Counted from the stretch's first letter, positions 1-9,074 are shown. The stretch is 64,000 nt of DNA from Candidatus Fimenecus sp. (GCA_045595185.1 JAZNZX010000014.1:3614-67613); one strand, 5' to 3'. The notes: generated by a model not told the origin, from the sequence alone. Numbers and translations are program-made.

Positions 1-1
1 G

Positions 2-76
2 TTTATTCCGCTTCTTATTCTCCTTTTAATCGGCTATGTGAAAAATCAGATTAAATACGGTAAGTATCTTAAATAA
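2..76 (+). CDS. 3' end of a gene for a hydrophobic (membrane?) protein; the 5' part lies outside the window
   Basis: Frame 2 is open from the window edge (FIPLLILLLIGYVKNQIKYGKYLK*) with TAA at 74-76, followed by a hairpin terminator. Confidence 0.3.
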   Translation, partial: FIPLLILLLIGYVKNQIKYGKYLK

Positions 77-83
77 TTTTTAA

Positions 84-114
84 AGAGACAGCACAATGTG
101 TTGTCTCTTTTTTC
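84..114 (+). terminator. Rho-independent terminator
   Basis: Stem agagaca/tgtctct (84-90 / 102-108) followed by a T6 run. Confidence 0.6.
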
Positions 115-149
115 ATAACCAATAATAATTTATAATAAATGTTAATTCT

Positions 150-180
150 AAAAAAATAGTGGGGTTAGATTACCCCACTA
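150..180 (-). terminator. Rho-independent terminator of the Na/Pi transporter gene
   Basis: Stem tagtgggg/ccccacta (157-180); a U7 run follows on the minus strand (150-156). Confidence 0.55.
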
Positions 181-187
181 TAATTTT

Positions 188-1846
188 TTAATATGATTCA
201 ACTACTGTTTCATCAAAGGTTACTTTTTCTGTTGGTTTTTTGCTGACAGCAAAAGCAATATTCTTTGCGTGGTCACCTACTCGTTCAAAGTCAATAAGAG
301 TATTGACAAACATCATACCTGCACGAGTTTCACAGTGTTCTTCATTAAGACGACGAAGATGTGCATTCTGATATTTTTCTTTTAGATTATCGGAAATAGT
401 TTCAAGTGTTTCAATATTCTTTGCTTCTTCAAATGTAAGCTCCTGCTTTTCAAATGAACTGATTGATGCATCAAGAAGGGCCATAACACATTTACGCATT
501 GTATCAAGTTCAGCAACAGCATCATCAGAAATTGCAAGTTTTTCGCTATTGCGTACAACAGTTGCTTCAATTAAGTTTACTGCATGGTCACCAATTCGTT
601 CAATGTCATTTATAACATGGAACAGACGACCTATGGCTTTAGCATCGGCTAAATCTAAATCAAGTGCGTTGATTTTAACCAGATGTCTTGTAATACCGTG
701 ATTAAGGAAGTTAATAACTTCTTCAACTGATTCGATTTTTTCAACCTTTGATGTATCGTTATTTATAAGTGCAGTTGCAGCACGGTCAAAGTTATCTCTC
801 GCAAGATGTGCCATTCTTACAACTTCTTTACCAATTTGTTCAACAGCGATTGGTGGAGTTGAAAGAAGGTGTTCGTCGTAGAACTTGAATTCAAGCTTAG
901 AATCTTCAGGTTCTTTGTCAGGAACAAGAAGACAAGAAAGTTTGATAAGAAGATTAGCAAATGGGAAGAGAATAACTGTACTTACAACATTGAAGATAAT
1001 ATGTGCTGCAGAAATCTGAACAGAAACATTATTACTTATCATCTCAAGTAACGATGTATATGGAGTAAATGCTGTAACAATCATGAAGATAACAGAGCCA
1101 ATAACATTGAACAAGAGATGAATCATAGCTGTTCTTTTTGTATTTGTCTTTGTTCCTGCAGCTGAGAGAAGTGCAGTAAGACAAGTACCGATATTCTGTC
1201 CTAAAAGAACATAAATTGCAAGTTCAATAGGAACAAGTCCTTGTAAGGCAAGTGCCTGTAAAATACCAACGCTGGCGGATGAACTCTGAATAATTACTGT
1301 AACAATAATACCAATTAAAATACCCATAAGAGGATTATTAAAGCTTGTAATCCATTCTGCAAATACAGGTGATTCTCTTAACGGAGCCATTGAGCTTGAC
1401 ATTGTACTCATACCCCAAAAAAGCATACCGAAACCGGCGATTGTCTGAGCTATATGTTTTATAATATCTTTTTTTACAAAAAGCATTACAAAAACACCGA
1501 CAAAAAGTGCAACAGGTGCTATCGCAGTTAAGTCAAGAGCAATAAGTACGCTGGTAACAGTTGTACCGATATTAGCACCCATAATAACACCGACAGCCTG
1601 TGCAAGATTCATAAGACCCGCATTAACAAAACCTACAACCATAACGGTTGTTGCAGTTGAACTCTGAATAAGTCCTGTAACCAGTGCACCCATAAGAACT
1701 GCTAAAAATCTGTTTTTGGTAAGTGCACCAAGAATTTTTTTCATTTTTGAGCCTGCAGCATATTCAAGTCCTTCACCCATAGCAGTAATGCCATACAGAA
1801 AAAGACCGATACCTGCAAACATAGGTAAAATTTGTGCAATAGTCAT
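188..1846 (-). CDS. Na/Pi cotransporter family protein with C-terminal PhoU-like repeats
   Basis: 552-aa ORF. The N-terminal polytopic region has duplicated QSSSA/QSSTAT motifs typical of Na/Pi-cotransporter II-related proteins. The C-terminal soluble part has two ERIGDHA/ERVGDHA PhoU motifs. Confidence 0.88.
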   Translation of the reverse strand: MTIAQILPMFAGIGLFLYGITAMGEGLEYAAGSKMKKILGALTKNRFLAVLMGALVTGLIQSSTATTVMVVGFVNAGLMNLAQAVGVIMGANIGTTVTSVLIALDLTAIAPVALFVGVFVMLFVKKDIIKHIAQTIAGFGMLFWGMSTMSSSMAPLRESPVFAEWITSFNNPLMGILIGIIVTVIIQSSSASVGILQALALQGLVPIELAIYVLLGQNIGTCLTALLSAAGTKTNTKRTAMIHLLFNVIGSVIFMIVTAFTPYTSLLEMISNNVSVQISAAHIIFNVVSTVILFPFANLLIKLSCLLVPDKEPEDSKLEFKFYDEHLLSTPPIAVEQIGKEVVRMAHLARDNFDRAATALINNDTSKVEKIESVEEVINFLNHGITRHLVKINALDLDLADAKAIGRLFHVINDIERIGDHAVNLIEATVVRNSEKLAISDDAVAELDTMRKCVMALLDASISSFEKQELTFEEAKNIETLETISDNLKEKYQNAHLRRLNEEHCETRAGMMFVNTLIDFERVGDHAKNIAFAVSKKPTEKVTFDETVVESY

Positions 1847-1861
1847 AGTAATTACCTCTTA

Positions 1862-3445
1862 TTATTCTGAATCCTTGATTTTTTCATTGTGTTTATACTC
1901 CGCACCACGATTACCAAGATGAAAAACGGTTTTATTTTTTACTTTAAACCAAAGCTTTTTCTCGATTCTTGAATAATTGATGTTTTTTGATTTCATATAC
2001 ATTTTAAAGAAATTAAGTCGTTTATAAAAATCTTTGTAGTTCTTGAATTTATCCTCTGTCCAAGCAATTTCAGCAAAAGCAAAAATTCGAGGATAAACTG
2101 AAAATTCCCAAGCGTCGTAAGTATCAATCCACTCTGACCATGATTCAAACTCAATACCTAACACATTTTTATCATTTACAAATCCGGACTTAACTACATC
2201 AAAATTATAAACTTTTTTCAACGGCACAACTGCGTGCGAATAATCGAAATATAATGCAGGACAAGTTGAAACAATAAATTTGCGTTTATCATTTTCCTCT
2301 TTAATCCACGAAGGAGTACGCAACAACCAATAATGACCAACCACATCTGTGTCAGTATTATCACCGATACCGTCATTCCACTCGATGCTTGTTTTACCGA
2401 GTTTTTTAAGCATATCATTAATTCGGTTATTAAAATAGACCTGCAATTCCTTCCCCTTTGTGATGCCAAGTTCTTTCATTTTTGCCCGACAAACAGGACA
2501 ATCTTTTTCCCAGATTTTATGTCCTTTCGCCGCTTCGTCACCACCCATATGGAAGTATTTATATGGGAATAATCCGGCAACCTCAGTTAAAAGCTTTTCA
2601 ACAAAATCATAGGTTTCATCCTGTCCTACACAAAGAACATCCTTTGTAATTCCATTTTCACAAAAGACTTCATAATTTTCTTTCAAACAAGAAAGTTGTG
2701 GGTATGCAGCAAGCATTGCTACCGTATGACCCGGTAAGTCAATTTCAGGAATTATATCAATGCAAAGATTATTTGCGTATTCAACTATTTCACGGATTTC
2801 ATCTTTTTTATAATAGTGAAAATATTCATTTCCGCCTTTATTAAGTCCAATCTTACTTAATATTTCAGCACCACCAAGAAATTCGTATTTTCTATTACTT
2901 GATATTTCATTAAGTAACGGAAAAACTTCACTTTCTATTCTGTAGCCCTGGTCATCACAAAGGTGCCAATGAAATTTATTAAGCTTAAGAAGCGCCATAT
3001 TATCAAGTGTCTTTTTTACAGCATCTATGCCAAAGAAATGACGGGCTTCGTCCATCATGCCGCCTCGATATGAATATTTAGGATAATCATATATGTATGC
3101 ACAATTCAGCACCGCAACACCGCTTGCTTTTTTTGATTGCATAATCATAATTTTAAGAGTAACAGCACCATAGAAAGCACCATTTTCATCAGATGCGGCA
3201 ATAGTGATTCCTTCAGTTGAAACCTTAAGTTTATAGCCTTCAGCAGGAATATTTTTATCCTTAATAAACTTTATTATGCCTTCATTTGCGTTCTTTTTGG
3301 TTTTAAGAAAGCTAGATATATATTTTCCTGCTTTCATAAATTCAGGAAAGCACAATACTTCTGTTTCAGATGTGACAATATATGTACCATCAAGCACATC
3401 ATACTTCTGTGGCTTAGGAATAATACTATACTTTGGTGCATTCAT
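1862..3445 (-). CDS. Beta-N-acetylhexosaminidase (GH20)
   Basis: HWHLCDDQGYRIE and HMGGDE catalytic-region motifs of GH20. Start moved to the ATG at 3445 (MNAPKY), which has GGAGG 7 nt upstream and forms an ATGA overlap with the upstream gene's stop. Confidence 0.85.
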   Translation of the reverse strand: MNAPKYSIIPKPQKYDVLDGTYIVTSETEVLCFPEFMKAGKYISSFLKTKKNANEGIIKFIKDKNIPAEGYKLKVSTEGITIAASDENGAFYGAVTLKIMIMQSKKASGVAVLNCAYIYDYPKYSYRGGMMDEARHFFGIDAVKKTLDNMALLKLNKFHWHLCDDQGYRIESEVFPLLNEISSNRKYEFLGGAEILSKIGLNKGGNEYFHYYKKDEIREIVEYANNLCIDIIPEIDLPGHTVAMLAAYPQLSCLKENYEVFCENGITKDVLCVGQDETYDFVEKLLTEVAGLFPYKYFHMGGDEAAKGHKIWEKDCPVCRAKMKELGITKGKELQVYFNNRINDMLKKLGKTSIEWNDGIGDNTDTDVVGHYWLLRTPSWIKEENDKRKFIVSTCPALYFDYSHAVVPLKKVYNFDVVKSGFVNDKNVLGIEFESWSEWIDTYDAWEFSVYPRIFAFAEIAWTEDKFKNYKDFYKRLNFFKMYMKSKNINYSRIEKKLWFKVKNKTVFHLGNRGAEYKHNEKIKDSE

Positions 3446-4185
3446 TTCATTTCCTCCAAAACCTTCAAACAATAATCAGGCACATCAGAAATAAGAGCAT
3501 CACAGCTCCATTCAGTAAATCTGATAATCTCTTCTTCCTTATTCACTGTCCAAGGATTAACTGCAATTCCAATATTATGTAAATCAACAATCTCTTTGTG
3601 TGTAATAAGCTTTCTGTGAGGATGTGCAGCATCAGCATTAAGCTGTTTGCAATACTTTGCAACACCAAAGGTCATTATTTCATTACCAAGCTCATCATCT
3701 TCATACAAAAGACCTGTTTTTACATTCTTGTCAATTTCTTTAACAAGACGAATACATTCAGGGTCAAAGCAAGAAACAATGGAATTTTCCACAATACCGT
3801 ATTCGTGAATTGTTTCAACAACCTTTTTAACAAGGTCACAATCCTTTTGTGGTGGCTTGATTTCAATATTGATAAGCTTCATATTTTTTGTTAAATCAAG
3901 TAATTCAGGTAATGTCGGTAATGTTACACCCTTAAAATCATCACTAAAATATGAACCGAAATCAAAACCCTTAAGCTGACTGAGTGTCATTTCGTCAATT
4001 TTGCCTGTACCGTTTGCAGTTTCATCAATAGTGTAGTTATGACAAATGACGATATGACCGTCTTTTGACAAATGGACATCTGTTTCTAATCCGTCAGCAC
4101 CAAAATCCAATGCTTTCTGAAAAGCAGGAAGCGTGTTCTGAGGAGCAACCTTATTTGCACCTCTGTGAGCTAATACAAGTGGCAT
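3442..4185 (-). CDS. Glycerophosphodiester phosphodiesterase (GlpQ/UgpQ family)
   Basis: LAHRGANKVAPQNTLPAF...GADGLETDVHLSKDGHIVICHN, the GDPD-domain signature. Confidence 0.88.
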   Translation of the reverse strand: MPLVLAHRGANKVAPQNTLPAFQKALDFGADGLETDVHLSKDGHIVICHNYTIDETANGTGKIDEMTLSQLKGFDFGSYFSDDFKGVTLPTLPELLDLTKNMKLINIEIKPPQKDCDLVKKVVETIHEYGIVENSIVSCFDPECIRLVKEIDKNVKTGLLYEDDELGNEIMTFGVAKYCKQLNADAAHPHRKLITHKEIVDLHNIGIAVNPWTVNKEEEIIRFTEWSCDALISDVPDYCLKVLEEMK

Positions 4186-4271
4186 AAAAATAACCTCCTT
4201 GGCAAGATAAGAAATAAGTCAAATTTCTACAAGTAATATTTTACCAAAGAGGATTATGGTTTGTAAAGAAT

Positions 4272-4883
4272 TTATTTGTATTTTTTTATAATCTCTTCAC
4301 AAATTTCAATTATTTTAAATTTTATTTTATACTTTTGACCGTTTGATACTATGTTATTTTCATGAGAATTTAAAACATCATCAATTTCACATTCGGCATT
4401 TGCCGCAGGAAGACACATTGGCGGAAACATCACACACCACCAGTTTTGCCCTTCACCCTCACCTATTATAACTTTAACTGCCGTATAATATCCTGCCGGA
4501 AGTGTTACAGCATTATCATATGTTCTCGTTTTAAAGTAATCTTTTTGAACTGTTATATTTACATCATAGTTGTAGCCTTCATTTTTTATAACAGTTAATG
4601 CTGTTTTTTCTAATTCATCAATATATGGTTTGATTTTTTCAACAGCATCGTCGGCAGTAACAGAGCCATCAAAGATTTCCTTACCTTTTAAAAGTACTGC
4701 ATCTCTAACTTTAAGTTTAAGATTCTGGTCCTCAACGCTATCGGAATTTGCAATCACATGCATTCGTAACATTTTATCTCTTATACTATTACATTGATTA
4801 GAAAATGATGTTATGTTTAACACACTGCATAATACAAGAGAAATAAGTATTGACATTTCTATTCGTTTAATTGTTTTTTTCAT
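4272..4883 (-). CDS. spoIIR: Stage II sporulation protein R
   Basis: LRMHVIANSDSVEDQNLKLKVRDAVL and WWCVMFPPMCLP motifs. The MKKTIK start at 4883 gives a signal/TM segment; the longer track ORF would run through a terminator hairpin. Confidence 0.85.
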   Translation of the reverse strand: MKKTIKRIEMSILISLVLCSVLNITSFSNQCNSIRDKMLRMHVIANSDSVEDQNLKLKVRDAVLLKGKEIFDGSVTADDAVEKIKPYIDELEKTALTVIKNEGYNYDVNITVQKDYFKTRTYDNAVTLPAGYYTAVKVIIGEGEGQNWWCVMFPPMCLPAANAECEIDDVLNSHENNIVSNGQKYKIKFKIIEICEEIIKKYK

Positions 4884-4924
4884 TTTTTCACTCCTAACAA
4901 AAAGAGTGTTGACAATAAAATTGG

Positions 4925-4963
4925 TAAATAAACAAAAATAACAGACGCAAAAAAGCATCTGTT
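4925..4963 (-). terminator. Rho-independent terminator ending the repeat-rich intergenic transcript upstream of spoIIR
   Basis: On the minus strand the stem aacagaugc/gcgucuguu is a 9-bp stem (one pair is G.U, which would be a C-A mismatch on the plus strand), with a U6 loop and then AUUUUUGUUUAUUU. Confidence 0.55.
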
Positions 4964-4985
4964 ATATATTTTCAAACACAATATG

Positions 4986-5017
4986 ACCCCACAAAGTCGG
5001 TCTATAGCGAATAATAA
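4986..5017. repeat. 32-nt direct repeat, copy A (accccacaaagtcggtctatagcgaataataa)
   Basis: Matches 5167-5198 with one mismatch; it flanks the tandem array. Confidence 0.9.
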
Positions 5018-5107
5018 GAACCTGACTTCGTCAGAACCTTGCTCCGTAAAGAACCTGACTTCGTCAGAACCTTGCTCCGTAAAGAACCTGACTTCGTCAG
5101 AACCTTG
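5016..5107. repeat. Tandem repeat, 33-nt unit x 2.8 (aagaacctgacttcgtcagaaccttgctccgta)
   Basis: Units at 5016-5048 and 5049-5081 are identical; the third (5082-5107) is truncated. Each unit contains the hairpin ctgac-ttc-gtcag. There are no spacers. Confidence 0.95.
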
Positions 5108-5166
5108 TTATTCGCAAGTAATTTTCCGATAAATACTGAATGAATACGAGAATTGGGTATAGTAGA

Positions 5167-5198
5167 ACCCCACAAAGTCGGTCTGTAGCGAATAATAA
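5167..5198. repeat. 32-nt direct repeat, copy B
   Basis: accccacaaagtcggtctgtagcgaataataa; partner of 4986-5017. Confidence 0.9.
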
Positions 5199-5364
5199 CC
5201 TGCGTGTTAGCAGGTGGGTGCCCTCCGTCTATTTCTGTGCTCCCTTCGTCCGTCATAAGACGGGAGGTCTGCTCCCCATAGAACGAGTACAGGCTCCCTA
5301 TTAAAGAGTGTTGGGTTAATATTTGCTATGGTTATCGGGCTTCGCAGGGTTTAAATTTTTTTAA

Positions 5365-5661
5365 TTATTCTTCGTCAAAATCAAATAATTCAGACAATCT
5401 TTCTTCGAAGATTTTACCGATTTCATTGAATTCAGCATCATCCTCAATTGGCTCTAAATAAACTTCACCGTCTTCTTCACAAACCTTAAGAATAATAAGT
5501 TCACCGTCATCATCAATGATTTCTTCTGCCTCATCATAAACAGGAAGAAGGGCAACATATTTAGCCTTATCAGTTTCGATTCTGTCAAGCTCTTCAAAAA
5601 CGTGTTCAACACCGTTTTCATCAATTACTGACACAAGGTCAGGATTAAATTCTTCACTCAT
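5365..5661 (-). CDS. DUF1292 family protein
   Basis: 98-aa acidic protein. VIDENGVEHVFEELDRIE...YVALLP...ILKV is the typical DUF1292 pattern. Confidence 0.75.
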   Translation of the reverse strand: MSEEFNPDLVSVIDENGVEHVFEELDRIETDKAKYVALLPVYDEAEEIIDDDGELIILKVCEEDGEVYLEPIEDDAEFNEIGKIFEERLSELFDFDEE

Positions 5662-5765
5662 TTTTATGTCTCCTTTATGTTTTCTACTTGTATTTTATAT
5701 CAAATTTCATATTGAGTCAACTGTAAAATATTGAAAATGCCGTACAACGAGTACGGCACTAAAAA

Positions 5766-6434
5766 TTATATAACATATACACCTGATTCAAGTACAACAA
5801 TTTCTTTTTCGCAAGAACGAAGATACTTATAAACAGGTTCATCGAAAATTCTGAAATCACTTACTGAATAATCGTTAAGATTGATTTTTCTGACCTTTCT
5901 TGATTCAGGGTTACAAATAAACAACTCGTTATCATATTTGGAAATAGAAACAGGATGTTGAAATGTTGTTGAATCAGGCGAGCCGATTCTCATACTGAAT
6001 TTTTTATGAGAGACTGAATAACTGACAACACAATTCTTTTCCGGAACAACACTCCAAAAATCTCGTCCGTCTGATGCTACACCACAAATTTCAGAGCCCT
6101 GATACATCAAGTCACTTGTCCACACCATCTCACCATCAGGTGAAAAAATTCCTGTTTCACCACTGTCATAAACAACGACAGAATGTTTACTTGGCATAAC
6201 ATCAGCATCACAGGAAACATAGTCACCCAACTGTTCAGCAATTTTTTTGTATTCAGGACCAAATTTATTAAGAAGATAAACGCTTTTAGTTACGGGTGTA
6301 TTCTGCATTCTCTTAATGTCAAAGCCAAAGAAATTAACCTTTACAGAACCATTTTCAAGAACTGATTTTTGTGTATAAATAATACCGTTTGAGAATGCGA
6401 TAATATCGTAAACCGAATCAACAATTTTATGCAT
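5766..6434 (-). CDS. Hypothetical protein (beta-rich, no recognised family)
   Basis: 222-aa ORF with normal coding appearance and no conflicting ORF. Confidence 0.55.
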   Translation of the reverse strand: MHKIVDSVYDIIAFSNGIIYTQKSVLENGSVKVNFFGFDIKRMQNTPVTKSVYLLNKFGPEYKKIAEQLGDYVSCDADVMPSKHSVVVYDSGETGIFSPDGEMVWTSDLMYQGSEICGVASDGRDFWSVVPEKNCVVSYSVSHKKFSMRIGSPDSTTFQHPVSISKYDNELFICNPESRKVRKINLNDYSVSDFRIFDEPVYKYLRSCEKEIVVLESGVYVI

Positions 6435-6502
6435 AATTTCACCGACAAATATATTTTAAAATAGAAAATTAGTTTTCATTGTGAGTATATTATACATAAA
6501 AT

Positions 6503-6676
6503 CTATTCGTCGGTCAATACTCTTAATTTGTTTTTACAACCCTTTTCACTATTCATACATTTTGTATTTGTACATATAACTTTTCTTTTTCCATCAGGAC
6601 TTATTATTTCTTCCAACACTATATTCTTTTCAAAATAAGTACAATACTGTTCAAATGTAAGTTTTGTTTCGCACAT
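6503..6676 (-). CDS. Small Cys-containing hypothetical protein (57 aa), below the ORF-track cutoff
   Basis: ATG at 6676 is preceded by GGAGGGA at 6-7 nt. Translation: MCETKLTFEQYCTYFEKNIVLEEIISPDGKRKVICTNTKCMNSEKGCKNKLRVLTDE*. Confidence 0.4.
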   Translation of the reverse strand: MCETKLTFEQYCTYFEKNIVLEEIISPDGKRKVICTNTKCMNSEKGCKNKLRVLTDE

Positions 6677-6775
6677 ATTATCCCTCCAAAAATCTTAATC
6701 ACACTATTATATTCGTATATGGAATATTTTAAACTGAAAAATAATAAAAATTATATAAGATAAGGAGGAAATAAA

Positions 6776-7039
6776 ATGCAATCTGCAAAAATATTTTTAG
6801 GAATTATATTCGTCACATATACGATAATAGTCTTAATTGCAATGATTAAAACAAAACGATTTTTTATAACTATGTTTTTAAATGTACTGCAGGGTATCTG
6901 CGGACTTTTTGCTGTTAATCTTTTAGGACAATACATAGCAATTCATATTCCTGTAAACGGTTGGACAATCGGTGTTTCATCAATTGGAGGATTATCGGGA
7001 GTTATTATGATGTTGTTATGTGATGGAATTATAGTGTAA
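6776..7039 (+). CDS. bofA: Pro-sigmaK processing inhibitor BofA family protein
   Basis: 87-aa two-TM protein. GLFAVNLLGQYIAIHIPVNGWTIGVSSIGGLSGVIMMLL resembles the BofA C-terminal signature. AAGGAGG RBS. Confidence 0.7.
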   Translation: MQSAKIFLGIIFVTYTIIVLIAMIKTKRFFITMFLNVLQGICGLFAVNLLGQYIAIHIPVNGWTIGVSSIGGLSGVIMMLLCDGIIV

Positions 7040-7139
7040 TAATTTTATTCAAACAAATTATAATTTATATGAAAGAATTTTATATACATTCATTTTGACA
7101 TATAAGACCTCATGTGTTACACTAATTTTGGTGATATGA

Positions 7140-7603
7140 ATGGTTAAAATTATGTTTGTTTGTCATGGTAATATTTGTCGTTCGACTATGGCGGAATTTG
7201 TTATGAAGGATATTGTGAAAAAGAACGTAATGGAAAATTCTTTTTTAATTTGTTCAAGTGCCACAAGTACGGAAGAAATCGGCAGTGATACTCATTGGGG
7301 TACAAAGAAGATTCTTGATGAAATGGGTATTCCATACACAAAAAGGCAGGCAGTACAACTAAAAAAATCCGACTATAAAACTATGATTTTATAATCGGAA
7401 TGGATAGCGCAAATATGAGAAACATAAATCGTATTATCGGTTATGACAAGGATAACAAGATACATAAATTGTTGAGCTTTGCACATATGGACAGAGATGT
7501 TGCGGACCCATGGTACACAAGAGATTTTAAAACAACTTATGATGATGTAAATTTAGGTTGTAAGAAGTTATTTGAGTACGTTATAAATACAAACAAAAAA
7601 TGA
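7140..7603 (+). pseudogene. Low-molecular-weight protein-tyrosine phosphatase, interrupted by a -1 frameshift
   Basis: ORF 7140-7394 has the CHGNICRS P-loop. ORF 7400-7603 has the C-terminal half (DPWY). The second frame is already open from 7379 (NYDFIIGMDSANM). Adding one A in the run 7377-7380 restores ...DYKNYDFIIGMD... Confidence 0.8.
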
Positions 7604-7632
7604 GGAACCGTTTAAAAGTTCCTCATTTTTAT

Positions 7633-9018
7633 TTAATTTCGACTATCTAAAGCACATTGAATTGCTTTGAACAATGAGTATTCACTTTCATAAGCGACAT
7701 CACAAGAATAATGCCATATCATCACTCCACCAAGTCCGTAATCATTGGCAAAAGCAGTTTTATCCTTAATCATTTGTACCCCATTAAAGCTTGTTGCGAG
7801 ACCATTATCACTCAATCCACCGTTAAGATATGATTTGTTTACAACATTTGTAAACGGACTATCTATATCACTTGTAATTTGTGCATAGGACGGCCACGCC
7901 TCATCACCACCGTGAGTTCTACCGTAAAAAGGCAATCCCAAATCACATTTTGATTTGTCATATCCCTTTTTTTCAAATTCCTTGATAGCGAGAACACCGC
8001 CCGCAGAAGCAAATTCAGAGTGTTGATGATAAACAGACATATCGTCATAAGCCATTATTTCAACTTGGTCAATTGCATCAATAGCTGATTTTGATAAATT
8101 GCAATTCCATGATGCTAACGCAACACCTATTTTATAATCACCAATAACAGAATCAAGTTTTACTATAAAATTGGAATAATCACGAACACTTTCTGATTTG
8201 TATGGATATTCATAATCAAAAAAGAAACCATCAAATCCGAAATCATTAATCATTTTTAAAATATTGTCCGCGAAAATATCACCTTTATCTATGAAAGCTT
8301 GACTATGAAGTTCTTCCTTTTCATCCGTTGTTGAGCCATCAGGGCCCAATGCATTACAATAAATATTCAAGTCAGGATTTGCTTTACGTAATCTTTCTAC
8401 AATTGTCTTAAGAACATCTTCGCCTTTAATTCCATCAACATCGTTATAATATATTTCACCGTTTTCATTAAATCGGGCAATGCCAAAAAGAATAACATCT
8501 GTTATTGAATTTAATCGTTCATAATCAATGTTTTCATCATAATAAAAACCGGGACAGACAATATAGGATGTGACACGGAATTTATCATTTTCATTGTTAT
8601 GAACATTAAGAACATCAATGCTTTTTAAATTAAACTGGTCTTCATTAGAAGAATTTATGCATATTTTTAGAGAATCGGTTGTAAATTCACCTATTTCACA
8701 GTATCGAACTTCACCGATTCTTTCCTGTTCATAAACAGAAACATATTCTCCGTTATGATTTTTCACCCAAATAGAAAACTTAAGTATCTGGTTATCTTTT
8801 TCCTTTAAAACAACAGTGTCAAAAGTAACATTTTCAGGAAATCGTACTTCTATAAAACTTCCCTCAACAGCAACCTGACCTTTAAGTTCACCTATTATTT
8901 TAGCATTTTCCATTACACTGAATTGTTCAAACTTATCAGTATCCATACTCTGCTGACATGAAGAAAAAATGATACTGACAATTAAAATCAAGGATAAAAC
9001 CTTAAATATCTTTTTCAT
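7633..9018 (-). CDS. GH18 family glycosyl hydrolase (chitinase/endo-beta-N-acetylglucosaminidase-like), probable lipoprotein
   Basis: FDGFFFDYEYP matches the GH18 DxxDxDxE catalytic motif. The N-terminus MKKIFKVLSLILIVSIIFSSC looks like a lipoprotein signal. Confidence 0.8.
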   Translation of the reverse strand: MKKIFKVLSLILIVSIIFSSCQQSMDTDKFEQFSVMENAKIIGELKGQVAVEGSFIEVRFPENVTFDTVVLKEKDNQILKFSIWVKNHNGEYVSVYEQERIGEVRYCEIGEFTTDSLKICINSSNEDQFNLKSIDVLNVHNNENDKFRVTSYIVCPGFYYDENIDYERLNSITDVILFGIARFNENGEIYYNDVDGIKGEDVLKTIVERLRKANPDLNIYCNALGPDGSTTDEKEELHSQAFIDKGDIFADNILKMINDFGFDGFFFDYEYPYKSESVRDYSNFIVKLDSVIGDYKIGVALASWNCNLSKSAIDAIDQVEIMAYDDMSVYHQHSEFASAGGVLAIKEFEKKGYDKSKCDLGLPFYGRTHGGDEAWPSYAQITSDIDSPFTNVVNKSYLNGGLSDNGLATSFNGVQMIKDKTAFANDYGLGGVMIWHYSCDVAYESEYSLFKAIQCALDSRN

Positions 9019-9074
9019 ACATTTGTCTTCCTTAATGAAATGTTATGTGGATAATAAACTGTAAATCAAAAAAA

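Larger units (their letters stand above)
4964..5345 (-). ncRNA. Candidate structured non-coding RNA / composite repeat region (identity unknown)
   Basis: 380-nt intergenic region between DUF1292 and spoIIR with many hairpins, 2.8 tandem 33-nt units, a 32-nt direct repeat pair, at least 7 GGAG-containing motifs and a minus-strand terminator at its 3' end. No credible ORF. Confidence 0.3.

Noticed and set aside
4884-4958. 25-codon N-terminal extension of spoIIR
   Set aside because: The extension overlaps a minus-strand intrinsic terminator (4925-4963). The MKKTIK start gives a normal signal/TM N-terminus.
5016-5107. Possible CRISPR array (regular 33-nt repeats with hairpins)
   Set aside because: The repeats are directly contiguous with no unique spacers. 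There are only 2.8 copies, and there are no cas genes in the window.
5002-5256. 84-aa ORF on the minus strand containing VLTKSGSLRSK three times
   Set aside because: The repeated peptide is simply the translation of the 33-nt tandem DNA repeat. There is no SD, the ORF spans hairpins and direct repeats, and its composition is unlike neighbouring genes. It is treated as non-coding.
4964-5345. RNase P RNA, tmRNA, SRP RNA or a known riboswitch as the identity of the structured intergenic region
   Set aside because: I could not find the GAGGAAAGUCC / ACAGAA…GGCUUA cores of RNase P, the tRNA-like ends or tag ORF of tmRNA, the SRP domain IV motif, or the B12/TPP/SAM/FMN/glycine/c-di-GMP cores. Similarity to ydaO is limited to one short stretch.
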